Shown here piece after piece: positions 39,792 to 49,711 of a DNA stretch of 64,000 nt. The first letter of the stretch is position 1, and every line of letters starts with the position of its first letter. The DNA comes from an uncultured candidate division Zixibacteria bacterium (GTDB taxonomy: Bacteria > Zixibacteria > MSB-5A5 > GN15 > PGXB01): positions 2,656,001 through 2,720,000 of the forward strand of contig OY969724.1 of NCBI GenBank assembly GCA_963702205.1, in the 5' to 3' direction. A program made the position numbers and the translations under genes. Below the pieces are notes generated by a model. That model saw only the letters and a program-made list of their open reading frames with translations. It was not told the DNA's origin and searched no databases.

Positions 39792-41198
39792 ATGTTAGAC
39801 AATTTTTCGATGCACGACAATTGCGGCGTCTTCGCCATCTTCGGCTCTCCCCGGGCCGCCGAACTGACCTATTTTGCCCTTTATTCATTGCAGCATCGCG
39901 GACAGGAATCGGCCGGGATAGTGACTTCAGGCAACGGCTCGGTGCACATTTATAAAAATATGGGTGAGGTTAACGAAGTTTTCGCAGACCGGGACATCCT
40001 GAGTCGCCTGAAAGGCTCGATCGCGATCGGCCACACCCGCTATTCCACGACCGGCGCCTCATCGCTGACCAACATCCAGCCGCTTTTAATAACCAACCGC
40101 AGCCAGAAGCTGGCCATAGCCCACAACGGCAACCTGACCAATTCTTATCAGTTGCGCCAGAAACTGGAACGCAGCGGGTCGATTTTCCAGACGACGTCCG
40201 ATACGGAAATCTTCCTGCACCTTGCCGCCCTGTCGAAAAAACGGTCCTGGTTCAGCCGCTTGTGTGATACGATGAGTCATGTCGAGGGTGCGTATTCCAA
40301 TGTCTTTATAACCGAGGAAGCCGTATACGCCATGCGGGACCCGATGGGTTTCAGGCCGCTGTGCCTCGGTAAGTACAACCGCAAAGCTTATGTAATCGCG
40401 TCCGAAACGTGCGCTTTCGATATTATCGGCGCCAGGTATATCCGCGAGATAGAACCCGGTGAAGTGGTCGAGATCAGCCATAAGGGCATTCGTTCGGCCT
40501 TCCCGGTGAAGAAACGTCCTCATGCTTTTTGTATTTTTGAGTATATATATTTCGCCCGTCCGGATTCGAAAATTTTCGGCGAAAATGTCGATAAAATCCG
40601 CCGACGTCTGGGCCATCAGCTGGCCAAAGAGCATCCGGCGGACGCCGACATCGTCATCGGCATACCCGACTCCGCCAATACGGCCGCCCTGGGTTATTCC
40701 GAGGCGTCCGGTATAAAATTCGAAATCGGCCTGATCCGAAATCATTACGTGGGTCGGACCTTCATCGATCCGGAACAGAAAATCCGCGACCTCGACGTTA
40801 AAATAAAATTCAACCCTGTCAAAGGCGTGCTCAACGGCAAGCGAGTCGTGGTCGTCGATGATTCGATTGTCCGGGGGACGACCTCGCTGAAGCTGGTTAA
40901 ACTGATTCGCTCGGCCGGGGCCAAAGAGATACACATGCGGATTTCGGCGCCGCCGATTATTTCCCCCTGTTATTTCGGGATAGATATGCCGACCCGCGAA
41001 GAATTGATTGCCTCCTCGAAATCTGTCAAAAAGATCGAGCAATATCTGGGGGTCGACTCTCTGGGATATCTTTCTATCGACGGAATGCTTTCCATGCCGT
41101 CGTTGCCGAACGGCAGCTTTTGTGTCAGTTGTTTTTCGGGCCGCTATCCTTTGAAAACCGCCGCCGTGAACGACAAGTATCGCCTCGAAAAAGTATAA
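39792..41198 (+). CDS. purF: amidophosphoribosyltransferase (propeptide, 4Fe-4S type)
   Basis: Propeptide then CGVF, LQHRGQESAG, GHTRYST, CIFEYIYFARPDS, VDDSIVRGTT, PCYFGID, CVSCF. Confidence 0.97.
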   Translation: MLDNFSMHDNCGVFAIFGSPRAAELTYFALYSLQHRGQESAGIVTSGNGSVHIYKNMGEVNEVFADRDILSRLKGSIAIGHTRYSTTGASSLTNIQPLLITNRSQKLAIAHNGNLTNSYQLRQKLERSGSIFQTTSDTEIFLHLAALSKKRSWFSRLCDTMSHVEGAYSNVFITEEAVYAMRDPMGFRPLCLGKYNRKAYVIASETCAFDIIGARYIREIEPGEVVEISHKGIRSAFPVKKRPHAFCIFEYIYFARPDSKIFGENVDKIRRRLGHQLAKEHPADADIVIGIPDSANTAALGYSEASGIKFEIGLIRNHYVGRTFIDPEQKIRDLDVKIKFNPVKGVLNGKRVVVVDDSIVRGTTSLKLVKLIRSAGAKEIHMRISAPPIISPCYFGIDMPTREELIASSKSVKKIEQYLGVDSLGYLSIDGMLSMPSLPNGSFCVSCFSGRYPLKTAAVNDKYRLEKV

Positions 41199-41376
41199 CT
41201 TCACATAATCGTCATATATCATTTACACGCTGCAGGTTACCGCGAGTTCAACAATGCCTTCTTGACAATAATTAAAACAATCGTATTTTTAATCAGAATG
41301 ATTTACTAACCATCCGTTACTGTTAAGTATTACCGCCGTCTTGCCGTAAATAATTACAGACCCGGAGGACAAAACT

Positions 41377-44109
41377 TTGACAGCCAAAAAACTTCCCCGA
41401 CTGACATCAATAATATTGCTATTTATCTTTCTGGCGGCGGTTGCGACCAATGCAGCTGCTTTTCGCGCAGAAAATAAGCCCGCCACGGCGGACAATCTCA
41501 AAGCCCGCCGTGTCCCGGTCAAACCGTCTCACATTAGTGTCTCAGCCGAAGCCAATACATCAAAAGTAATTGTGAAATTTAAAGAAGGACTCGTCATACA
41601 GCTCAGCGGCAATGAATTCGTTTCCCCGGCCAATAAATCCGACCTGTCCCCTTTAAGAAATGCTCTGGCGTCATCGGAGAAAAACCTCAAGAAGCCGTTG
41701 ATAAACAGGCCAAATAAATCTCTGAAGAATCTTAAAGTTTCACTTGAAGCCTCATCGGGCCGGAAGCTGGCCGATTTCAGCCTATATTTCACGATCGACG
41801 TGTCCGGTCCGGCCGAGGCCGAAAGACTGGTCAATGACTTAAATCAGCTTGATATGGTGGAGATCGCTTACCCTCAGCCGGTCCCCGAAGAAGCCGGCGA
41901 TATCGCTCCGCCGACACCCGATTATGAACCGAACCAGTACTATCTGTATTCCGCTCCAGGTGGCATAGACGCGGCTTACGCTAATACTCTTCCCGGCGGC
42001 GATGGCTCCGGGGTCAAATTAATAGACATAGAGTACGCCTGGACCGAAGACCATGAAGACCTCGATAAAGCGGTCGGTGCGGTCATAACTCCGGAGGGTG
42101 GAAGTTACGGTCAGCACGGGACGGCGGTTATCGGCGAAATGATAGCCGGAGACAACGGCTATGGTGTCACCGGGATTTGTCCCGGCGCCGATCTTGGATT
42201 GATTTCAGTCACCGCCTTAAGTGTCCCCCAGGCCGTCTTTCTGGCGCTCGACTATATGCAGCCGGGCGATTTGATGCTGATCGAACTGCACGCACCGGGT
42301 CCAAGATATAATTTCCAGGTGCGCGAGGACCAGCTTGGCTATGTCTGCATGGAATACTGGCAGGATGTATTCGACGCCTACCAATACGCCTGGGCGGCGG
42401 GAATGATCGTCATTGAACCGGCCGGAAACGGTGCTGAAGATTATGACACGCATTTATACGGCCAGCTGTTCGACACGACCTACCGCAACTCCCACGCCAT
42501 AATGGTCGGCGGCGGAGCTCCCCCCACCGGAACGTCCGGTATTGACCGGTCCCGCATGAGTTGGTCGAATTACGGCGAACGGGTCAATCTTCAGGGTCAG
42601 GGAGCCGAGGTTTACACGACCGGCTATGGAACTTTATTCGACGGCGGCGGTGATCCGAACCAGGAATACACGTCAACTTTCGCCGGGACATCGAGCGCTT
42701 CGCCAGTCGTCATGGGCGCCGCGACCTGCCTGCAGGGGTATTATAAAAGTACGTACGGGGTCCCGGCCGGGGCGGACTATATCCGCGACGTTCTGGTGTC
42801 GACCGGTTCACCGCAGCAGTTCAATATAACCCAACACATTGGCCCCCGACCTGATTTGCAGGCGGCTATCGCTTCTCTGGCGCCTCCGCCATCTTTGTCC
42901 GTAATACCGATCTATTTCGATACGGCAGTCGTCTCTGAATCGGTGAACAATCTGACCGCCTGGATACACAACGGCTCAGGATCCAACGCGCTCGATTTCA
43001 CCCTCAATATTCCCGACAGCCTGGCCAAATCCTCGAGTTGGCTCAGCGTGTCTCCCATGTCGGGCGAAATCGCGGCTTCGGATTCCGTCGACCTCGGTAT
43101 AACTATTGACGCGTCTGGATTTCCGGAAGGATTTGCCAGACACAAAGGAATTATCGAAATATCATGGGGCCCGGCCGGAGGATCGCTCGATTCGCTGGCG
43201 TATCTGCCGGTCTTTTTCACCGTGCCGTGCACAGAAGATACGACATACACGGCAACCGACAACAACGACGTCGGCGGACCGGAGTACAACTGGATAGACA
43301 TTACGACTATCGGGAGTATTATCGCACGTACTCAATATTATAACTCCTATGACTATTCCGCGCGACTCGACGACGGCACCGCCGGTCCGTACCCCCTGCC
43401 GTTCGACTTCAATTACTACGGCCAGACATATAACCAGATATACATAGGTGTCAACGGAGCTATTTCGTTTACCGATGCTGAAGTAAACGTCGGCGGTTTT
43501 TATTCCGGGTTCGCACTGGATGAAGCTCCATTCCAGACTATTATCCCCGTCTTTTGGAACGACCTCGTAATCGACGCGGCGGAACTCGGTACCGGGCACG
43601 GCGACATTTATCGGTATTACAGCCCGACCAATGATTCCGTCGTCATACTCTGGTATCAAATGGGCAATTTCAATAATGCTCTGGACACCCTGACATCCTT
43701 CGAGGTAATATTAACGCGCGACGGCGATATAAACGCTCAGTATCAATCGGTCGGGATATCCGGGCTGGCGTCGACCGCATCGATAGGCCTGAGCGGCGGC
43801 CCCTGCCAATTCGAGGATTACGTGCAGTCGGGTATGCCTCCTTCTCACATAGTTACCGATGGTTCGGCGGTACGGTTCGGTAATAATACCATCAACCCGA
43901 TTATGTCCGGCGACGTTGATTATTCCGGCAGCCTGAACCTGATCGATATATTATTCTTGATCGACGCCATATACGGCGACGGACCCGATCCGACGCCGGT
44001 AGCCATGGGCGACGTTAACTGCGATGGCAATCTCAATCTGCTCGATATACTTTACTTAATCGATACGATATATGGCGAAGGTGATGATCCCTGCTTTTTC
44101 ATCCCCTGA
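41377..44109 (+). CDS. secreted S8 (subtilisin-like) serine peptidase with C-terminal dockerin
   Basis: Signal peptide and prodomain; LIDIE, HGTAV, PAGNG, FAGTSSASP; duplicated GDVDYSGSLNLIDILFLID / GDVNCDGNLNLLDILYLID. Confidence 0.88.
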   Translation: MTAKKLPRLTSIILLFIFLAAVATNAAAFRAENKPATADNLKARRVPVKPSHISVSAEANTSKVIVKFKEGLVIQLSGNEFVSPANKSDLSPLRNALASSEKNLKKPLINRPNKSLKNLKVSLEASSGRKLADFSLYFTIDVSGPAEAERLVNDLNQLDMVEIAYPQPVPEEAGDIAPPTPDYEPNQYYLYSAPGGIDAAYANTLPGGDGSGVKLIDIEYAWTEDHEDLDKAVGAVITPEGGSYGQHGTAVIGEMIAGDNGYGVTGICPGADLGLISVTALSVPQAVFLALDYMQPGDLMLIELHAPGPRYNFQVREDQLGYVCMEYWQDVFDAYQYAWAAGMIVIEPAGNGAEDYDTHLYGQLFDTTYRNSHAIMVGGGAPPTGTSGIDRSRMSWSNYGERVNLQGQGAEVYTTGYGTLFDGGGDPNQEYTSTFAGTSSASPVVMGAATCLQGYYKSTYGVPAGADYIRDVLVSTGSPQQFNITQHIGPRPDLQAAIASLAPPPSLSVIPIYFDTAVVSESVNNLTAWIHNGSGSNALDFTLNIPDSLAKSSSWLSVSPMSGEIAASDSVDLGITIDASGFPEGFARHKGIIEISWGPAGGSLDSLAYLPVFFTVPCTEDTTYTATDNNDVGGPEYNWIDITTIGSIIARTQYYNSYDYSARLDDGTAGPYPLPFDFNYYGQTYNQIYIGVNGAISFTDAEVNVGGFYSGFALDEAPFQTIIPVFWNDLVIDAAELGTGHGDIYRYYSPTNDSVVILWYQMGNFNNALDTLTSFEVILTRDGDINAQYQSVGISGLASTASIGLSGGPCQFEDYVQSGMPPSHIVTDGSAVRFGNNTINPIMSGDVDYSGSLNLIDILFLIDAIYGDGPDPTPVAMGDVNCDGNLNLLDILYLIDTIYGEGDDPCFFIP

Positions 44110-44129
44110 TAAATAAACCAATATACTTT

Positions 44130-44160
44130 AAAACCGCCGCGGACTTTCGCGGCGTTTTTT
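44130..44160. terminator. bidirectional intrinsic terminator
   Basis: AAAAC-CGCCGCG-gacttt-CGCGGCG-TTTTTT between convergent genes. Confidence 0.75.
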
Positions 44161-44176
44161 ATGCTTTAAATCGGAA

Positions 44177-45622
44177 TTAGATTACTGAAAAAGTGCTTAG
44201 CCTGGCAAGTGCGAGCCAGAACTGCGGGATAACACCCAGCGCCAGCGTGCCCGCCACGGTTATCAGCAGAACCAGGATAATGCCGGGCTTATATGAGACC
44301 GGTACGAATTCTTTGTCCGGCTTCATGAAGAACGCCGCCACCACGACTCTTAAATAATAGTACACCGAAATCAGGCTGTTGAGGACGGCGATGATGGTCA
44401 ACCAGATAAAGCCGCTCTCGACCGCCTGTGAGAATATAAAGAATTTACCTATGAAACCGGCCGTGGGCGGGAACCCCGCCAGCGCAAACATGAACAGCGT
44501 AAGAATCGCCGCCAGAAAGGGATGTTTCCCGGATAAGCCTTTGATATCATCGATCTGATTGTTCCCACCGGTCCGGCTGTCGATCAAGGTTATGATGGCG
44601 AAACCGCCCAGGTTGAAGAACATATATGCCGCCAGATAGTACACCGCCGACGAGACGGCCCCCTGCCCCCCGGTAGTCAAAGCCACCAGAATATACCCGG
44701 CATGGGCGATCGAGGAATACGCCAGCATTCTTTTGATATTGTTTTGAAATATGGCCAGGATGTTTCCGATTGTCATGGTAAGTACGGCCAGTATCCAGAA
44801 AACCGTGGTAAGGTCGGTAAATTGGCCGAAACCGAAAATAAATATTCTCAACAGCGCCGCAAAACCGGCCGCCTTGGGCCCGACCGAAAAGTACCCCGTT
44901 ACCGGGGTCGGCGCGCCTTCGTAGACGTCCGGAACCCACATATGGAACGGCACCGCCGCCACCTTGAACGAAAAGGCCGCGAGAACCATAATGGCTCCCG
45001 AATACAGCAGCATCTGTGATTGTGTCTTGTAAAAGGCGAAATCGGCCAGGATACGCCGCAAATCGGTCGTCCCGGTTGCACCATAAATCAACGCGATGCC
45101 GTAGACGAGAAAACCGCTCGCGAAGGCACCCATGATAAAATACTTCACGCCCGATTCGTTGGATAAATTATTGTGCCGAGCCAGTCCGGCCATAACGTAC
45201 AGCGGCACCGACATTATTTCCAAACCGATAAATATTACCAGCAAATCGGTACTCGATGCCATCAGCATCATACCGACCGTGGCGAATAGTATCATGACAT
45301 AATATTCATGACTTTCGATGCCTTTGGCGATCAGGTAATCCCGCGACATAAGTATGGTGACAATCCCGGTCATGATAAATATCATGCTGAAAAAGACCGA
45401 GAAGTTATCGATTACGAACATCCCGTAAAAGCCCGACTGAGGCATCGCCCATTGCATGACGGCATAAATCAACCCAATCACCATGGCCCCGACCGACAGC
45501 ACCGCCATCAAACCCCGGCTGCGAATTACATTGCCGAGCAGAAGGATAGCCATCCCCGCGATGATTATTATCAAATGCGGTGTCAGTAAACCGAAATCAA
45601 TTGCCGCAGACCTGATATCCAT
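44177..45622 (-). CDS. nuoN: NADH-quinone oxidoreductase subunit N
   Basis: ESGVKYFIMG, FKVAAVPFHMWVPDVYEGAPTP, KRMLAYSSIAHAGY. Confidence 0.96.
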   Translation of the reverse strand: MDIRSAAIDFGLLTPHLIIIIAGMAILLLGNVIRSRGLMAVLSVGAMVIGLIYAVMQWAMPQSGFYGMFVIDNFSVFFSMIFIMTGIVTILMSRDYLIAKGIESHEYYVMILFATVGMMLMASSTDLLVIFIGLEIMSVPLYVMAGLARHNNLSNESGVKYFIMGAFASGFLVYGIALIYGATGTTDLRRILADFAFYKTQSQMLLYSGAIMVLAAFSFKVAAVPFHMWVPDVYEGAPTPVTGYFSVGPKAAGFAALLRIFIFGFGQFTDLTTVFWILAVLTMTIGNILAIFQNNIKRMLAYSSIAHAGYILVALTTGGQGAVSSAVYYLAAYMFFNLGGFAIITLIDSRTGGNNQIDDIKGLSGKHPFLAAILTLFMFALAGFPPTAGFIGKFFIFSQAVESGFIWLTIIAVLNSLISVYYYLRVVVAAFFMKPDKEFVPVSYKPGIILVLLITVAGTLALGVIPQFWLALARLSTFSVI

Positions 45623-45638
45623 AATTTTTCCCGGTTAT

Positions 45639-45661
45639 TCCGGCGTCAAACTGACGCCCGG
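45639..45661 (-). promoter_or_regulatory. putative bacterial SECIS hairpin
   Basis: Minus strand CC-G-GGCGTCA-GTT-TGACGCC-GG; apical loop starts with G, 23 nt after the in-frame UGA at 45675-45677. Confidence 0.65.
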
Positions 45662-45665
45662 CCTC

Positions 45666-45887
45666 TTATATCCCTCAGCCTCCACCGAAGCCGATCTGTA
45701 CCTTGCCGTCTTCGACAATGACCGGCACGATCGACTTGCCTCCGGCCAGCCGGACGGCTTCGTCTTTCGCGCCTTTGACGGCATAAACGTCGATTTCCTT
45801 ATAGTCCACCCCGATGTCTCGATAATGCTCCCTGGCCGCCGCGCAGTACGGGCAGCCGGGCTTGGTGTAAATCGTCACATCAGGCAT
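45666..45887 (-). CDS. UXX-star family glutaredoxin-like probable selenoprotein (CPYC plus C-terminal GGG-U-G-I)
   Basis: MPDVTIYTKPGCPYC...VPVIVEDGKVQIGFGGG, then TGA GGG ATA TAA, then SECIS-like hairpin; TAATG coupling to nuoM. Confidence 0.8.
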
Positions 45888-47464
45888 TACTTGTCCCCTA
45901 ATTTCTTAATTACACAAATCTTCCCGTCGGGAGAGCATTCCACGTTGTCGGGCTTTTGCGTTTCTGACAGGTTCATCCTGTCGGATTTATTTACCATTGT
46001 CACGATATTCCTGACCGCCGGCTCCATTCGGTCGAAAAACGGTTTCGGATAAACACCGATCCAGAAAATCAATATGACCAGAGGGACAAGAATCAACCGT
46101 TCGCGAAGATTCAAATCTTTGACTTTTTCATTGGCCGGATTGGTCACTTTGCCGAAAATAACCCGTTGCAGCATCCAGAGCATATAGCACGCCGCCAATA
46201 TGACGCCCGACGCCCCGATAATGGCGTAAGTCGGGTTGGCCTTGTACGTGCCCAACAAGATCAAAAACTCTCCGACAAAGCCGTTGGTCAGCGGCAGGCC
46301 TATCGACGACAGCGCTATTATCATGAAATAGGTCGAAAACACGGGCATAGATTTCGACAGACCGCCAAAATCGGCAATCAGGCGGGTATGTCTGCGTTCG
46401 TAGATTATGCCGACAATCAAAAACAGCGCGCCGGTCGAAATACCGTGGTTAATCATCTGTATGACCGAACCTTCCAATCCCTGAACGTTCAACGCCATCA
46501 TCCCCAGCATGACGAATCCCAGGTGTGACACCGATGAAAACGCCACCAGTGATTTGACGTCCCTTTGCACCATCGCCACCAGTGCCCCGTAAATTATGCC
46601 TATCAACGCCAGTATGGATATGAACGGGACGAACTGCAGGGTCGCTTCGGGAAACAACGGCAGACAAATACGCACGAAACCGTACGTTCCCATCTTCAGC
46701 AGGACGCCGGCCAGAATGACCGAACCGGCGGTCGGCGCCTGGACGTGCGCGTCGGGCAGCCAGGTATGGAATGGCCAGATTGGAACCTTGATGGCAAAAG
46801 CCAGGGCAAAAGCCAGAAACATGTATGTCTGTGCTCCGAGCGGTATCGGCATTTGATACAGCTTCAACAGGTCGAACGAATATTCTCCGGAATAACCGTG
46901 ATACATTAAGAACAGATACAGGAGCGCCACCAGCATCAATAAAGAGCCGAACATAGTGAACAGCACGAATTTAATCGCGGCATACAGCTTTCTCGGACCG
47001 CCCCAGACCCCGATTATGAAATACATCGGGACCAGCATCGCTTCCCAGAAAACGTAAAAAAGGAACAGGTCGAGGGCCACGAAGACACCGATCATACCGG
47101 TTTCGAGCAGGAGCAGTGAAATATAGTACCCCTTGACCGAGGTTTGTATCGACGTCCACGATGAAATCAAGGCAATGACCGTTAATATCGTAGTCAGCAT
47201 TATCAGCAGCAGCGAGATGCCGTCGATGCCAAGATGATAGTGTATACCGAACACCTCAATCCACGGGACATTGACCTCGAATTGCATACCGCTCGCGATG
47301 GGCTCGAACATGGCATACATCCACAGCGACCACAAAAACGTAATGAACGCGATAATCAGAGCCACCGCTTTGACCGTATCGGCCCGTTCGCGCGGGACAA
47401 ACAAAAGCAATATTACGCCCAGAAGCGGGAAAAAGGTCACCAATGTCAATATCTGCTGTTCCAT
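45887..47464 (-). CDS. nuoM: NADH-quinone oxidoreductase subunit M
   Basis: GIDGISL, FWEAMLVPMY, AIKVPIWPFHTWLPDAHVQAPTAGS, LLKMGTYG. Confidence 0.96.
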   Translation of the reverse strand: MEQQILTLVTFFPLLGVILLLFVPRERADTVKAVALIIAFITFLWSLWMYAMFEPIASGMQFEVNVPWIEVFGIHYHLGIDGISLLLIMLTTILTVIALISSWTSIQTSVKGYYISLLLLETGMIGVFVALDLFLFYVFWEAMLVPMYFIIGVWGGPRKLYAAIKFVLFTMFGSLLMLVALLYLFLMYHGYSGEYSFDLLKLYQMPIPLGAQTYMFLAFALAFAIKVPIWPFHTWLPDAHVQAPTAGSVILAGVLLKMGTYGFVRICLPLFPEATLQFVPFISILALIGIIYGALVAMVQRDVKSLVAFSSVSHLGFVMLGMMALNVQGLEGSVIQMINHGISTGALFLIVGIIYERRHTRLIADFGGLSKSMPVFSTYFMIIALSSIGLPLTNGFVGEFLILLGTYKANPTYAIIGASGVILAACYMLWMLQRVIFGKVTNPANEKVKDLNLRERLILVPLVILIFWIGVYPKPFFDRMEPAVRNIVTMVNKSDRMNLSETQKPDNVECSPDGKICVIKKLGDK

Positions 47465-47465
47465 A

Positions 47466-49403
47466 TTATCTCAAAATAAAGTATCCGATAAGCACAATCG
47501 CACCACCCAGAAAGACGGTCACGTACGTTCGTAAATTACCCGTCTGTATCCCTCTTACGTCGCTTGACACGAAACCGATAAGCGCCGCCAATCCGTTGGC
47601 GATACCGTCGATTATCATCACGTCGACTATTTTCCAAAGGAATATCGATCCATTGACCAAAGGCCTGACAATAATCGCACCGTAAATTTCGTCGACATAG
47701 TACTTATTAAGCAAAATATTATGCAATCCCGACAAGGCGTTCCTGATACGTCCGACGGCCGCGATGTTTTTCAAATACAGATAATAGGCGGCGTATATGG
47801 ATATCAATATCAGGATGACCGAGCCGATCATCAAGACCATTTCTGTGCCCGTATTTGAACCCGCCGAAGCCAGCGTATGCTCGCTGCCGCCCGAGTGCAT
47901 TATGCCGATTACCGGCTCCAGGAATTTCTCGAAGCGATTGTCCCCGCCCAGCACGTGCGGTATACCGACCCAGCCGCCGATAATCGAAAGCACCGCGAGG
48001 ATCGACAATGGAACCGTCATTACTTTGGGAGATTCATGCAGGTGGTGTTTCGTTTCCTCATCCATCCTCTGTTCGCCATAGAATGTAAGATACACCAGCC
48101 GGAACATATAAAATGCCGTCAGCAGGGCCGTAAACAGGCCTATTGCCCATATCACCGGCGAACCATAATCCGACGAAAACGATTTCCACAAAATTTCATC
48201 TTTGGAGAAAAATCCCGACAGGCCCGGAATCCCGGAGATGGCCAGCGTTGCGAACAGGAACGTAAGGAACGTGGTTTTCATCGGCTTCTTTAGCCCGCCC
48301 ATATAACGCATGTCCTGTTGCCCGGCCATGGCGTGTATAACCGAACCGGACCCCAGAAACAGCAGAGCCTTGAAAAAGGCGTGGGTCATCAGGTGGAAAA
48401 TTCCGGCCGAAAACGCCGCCACACCGCAGGCGACAAACATATACCCGAGCTGACTGACGGTACTATACGCCAGCACTCTCTTAATGTCGTTTTGTGTCAG
48501 AGCAATTGTCGCCGCCATCAGAGCCGTGGCCGTGCCGACTATCGCGACCACCGCCAGGGTCGTGGGGGCCATTAAGTACAGGACGTTCGATCTGACGATC
48601 ATGTATACTCCCGCCGTGACCATCGTTGCCGCATGTATGAGCGCGGACACCGGCGTCGGGCCTTCCATAGCGTCGGGCAGCCACACAAAGAGCGGTATCT
48701 GGGCCGATTTGCCGGTGGCACCGAGAAACAGCAGCAAAGTTGCCGCCGTAATCAGACTTCCCCCGGCCACGAATAAATGCGGGGCTCTTTCAAATACGGT
48801 TGCAAAGTCGAGCGATCCCACCTGCCAGAAAATTATGAACAAACCCAATAGAAAACCGAAGTCCCCGATTCGGTTGACTATAAACGCTTTTTTCCCGGCG
48901 TCGGTCGCCGATTTCTTCTCGAACCAGAATCCGATCAACAGGTAACTGCACAGCCCGACACCTTCCCAACCGACAAACATCAACAGATAATTGTCGGCCA
49001 GAACGAGAGTCAGCATAGAAAATATGAACAAATTCAAATATGTGAAATACCGACCATAGCCCGGGTCATCGTGCATATAGCCGATCGAATAGACATGTAT
49101 CAAAAATCCGACCCCGCTGACGACCAACACCATCACCGCCGACAGCGGGTCGAACATCAAGCCGAAATTTACATTGAAAACACCGGCCGGAATCCACGTA
49201 AACAGTACTTCCTTGAAAAGTCGTTCCGTCTCGGGCACGGCCAGAATATTGAAAAACGTCTTCAGGCCCCACAGGAAAGCCAGACCGACCGAGCCGCAGC
49301 CGATAATCGAAATCAATTTCTTGTTTAGGCGACCGAGCATCAGACCGTTGAGCAGGAATCCCACTAACGGAAACAAAATGATCAAATATAACGAATGATC
49401 CAT
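47466..49403 (-). CDS. nuoL: NADH-quinone oxidoreductase subunit L
   Basis: WEGVGLCSYLLIGFW, GKSAQIPL.WLPDAMEGPTPVSALIHAATMV, THAFFKALLFL. Confidence 0.97.
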   Translation of the reverse strand: MDHSLYLIILFPLVGFLLNGLMLGRLNKKLISIIGCGSVGLAFLWGLKTFFNILAVPETERLFKEVLFTWIPAGVFNVNFGLMFDPLSAVMVLVVSGVGFLIHVYSIGYMHDDPGYGRYFTYLNLFIFSMLTLVLADNYLLMFVGWEGVGLCSYLLIGFWFEKKSATDAGKKAFIVNRIGDFGFLLGLFIIFWQVGSLDFATVFERAPHLFVAGGSLITAATLLLFLGATGKSAQIPLFVWLPDAMEGPTPVSALIHAATMVTAGVYMIVRSNVLYLMAPTTLAVVAIVGTATALMAATIALTQNDIKRVLAYSTVSQLGYMFVACGVAAFSAGIFHLMTHAFFKALLFLGSGSVIHAMAGQQDMRYMGGLKKPMKTTFLTFLFATLAISGIPGLSGFFSKDEILWKSFSSDYGSPVIWAIGLFTALLTAFYMFRLVYLTFYGEQRMDEETKHHLHESPKVMTVPLSILAVLSIIGGWVGIPHVLGGDNRFEKFLEPVIGIMHSGGSEHTLASAGSNTGTEMVLMIGSVILILISIYAAYYLYLKNIAAVGRIRNALSGLHNILLNKYYVDEIYGAIIVRPLVNGSIFLWKIVDVMIIDGIANGLAALIGFVSSDVRGIQTGNLRTYVTVFLGGAIVLIGYFILR

Positions 49404-49408
49404 GCGCC

Positions 49409-49711
49409 TTACCTTTTCAACAAACTGAACGTATCAGCGTTGATCGACTCCCGGTTTCTGAACAGTGCAATAATTATGGCCAGCCCCACCGCGGCTTCGG
49501 CCGCCGCCACGGCCAGAATCAGGAAAACGAACACGTGCCCGTCCATGAGATTCAATGACCGCGAAAAGGCTATAATCGCCAGGTTGGCCGCGTTGAGCAT
49601 TAATTCTATCGACATGAACATCACAATCAAATTCCGCGAAATGATAACTCCGGAGACACCGATCACGAACAGCATCGCGCTCAATATCAAATAATGAGTA
49701 ACCGGAATCAT
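49409..49711 (-). CDS. nuoK: NADH-quinone oxidoreductase subunit K
   Basis: MSIELMLNAANL, VAAAEAAVGLAI. Confidence 0.96.
   Translation of the reverse strand: MIPVTHYLILSAMLFVIGVSGVIISRNLIVMFMSIELMLNAANLAIIAFSRSLNLMDGHVFVFLILAVAAAEAAVGLAIIIALFRNRESINADTFSLLKR

Noticed and set aside
40086..41222. 378-aa minus-strand ORF
   Set aside because: Antisense shadow of purF with no recognisable motifs
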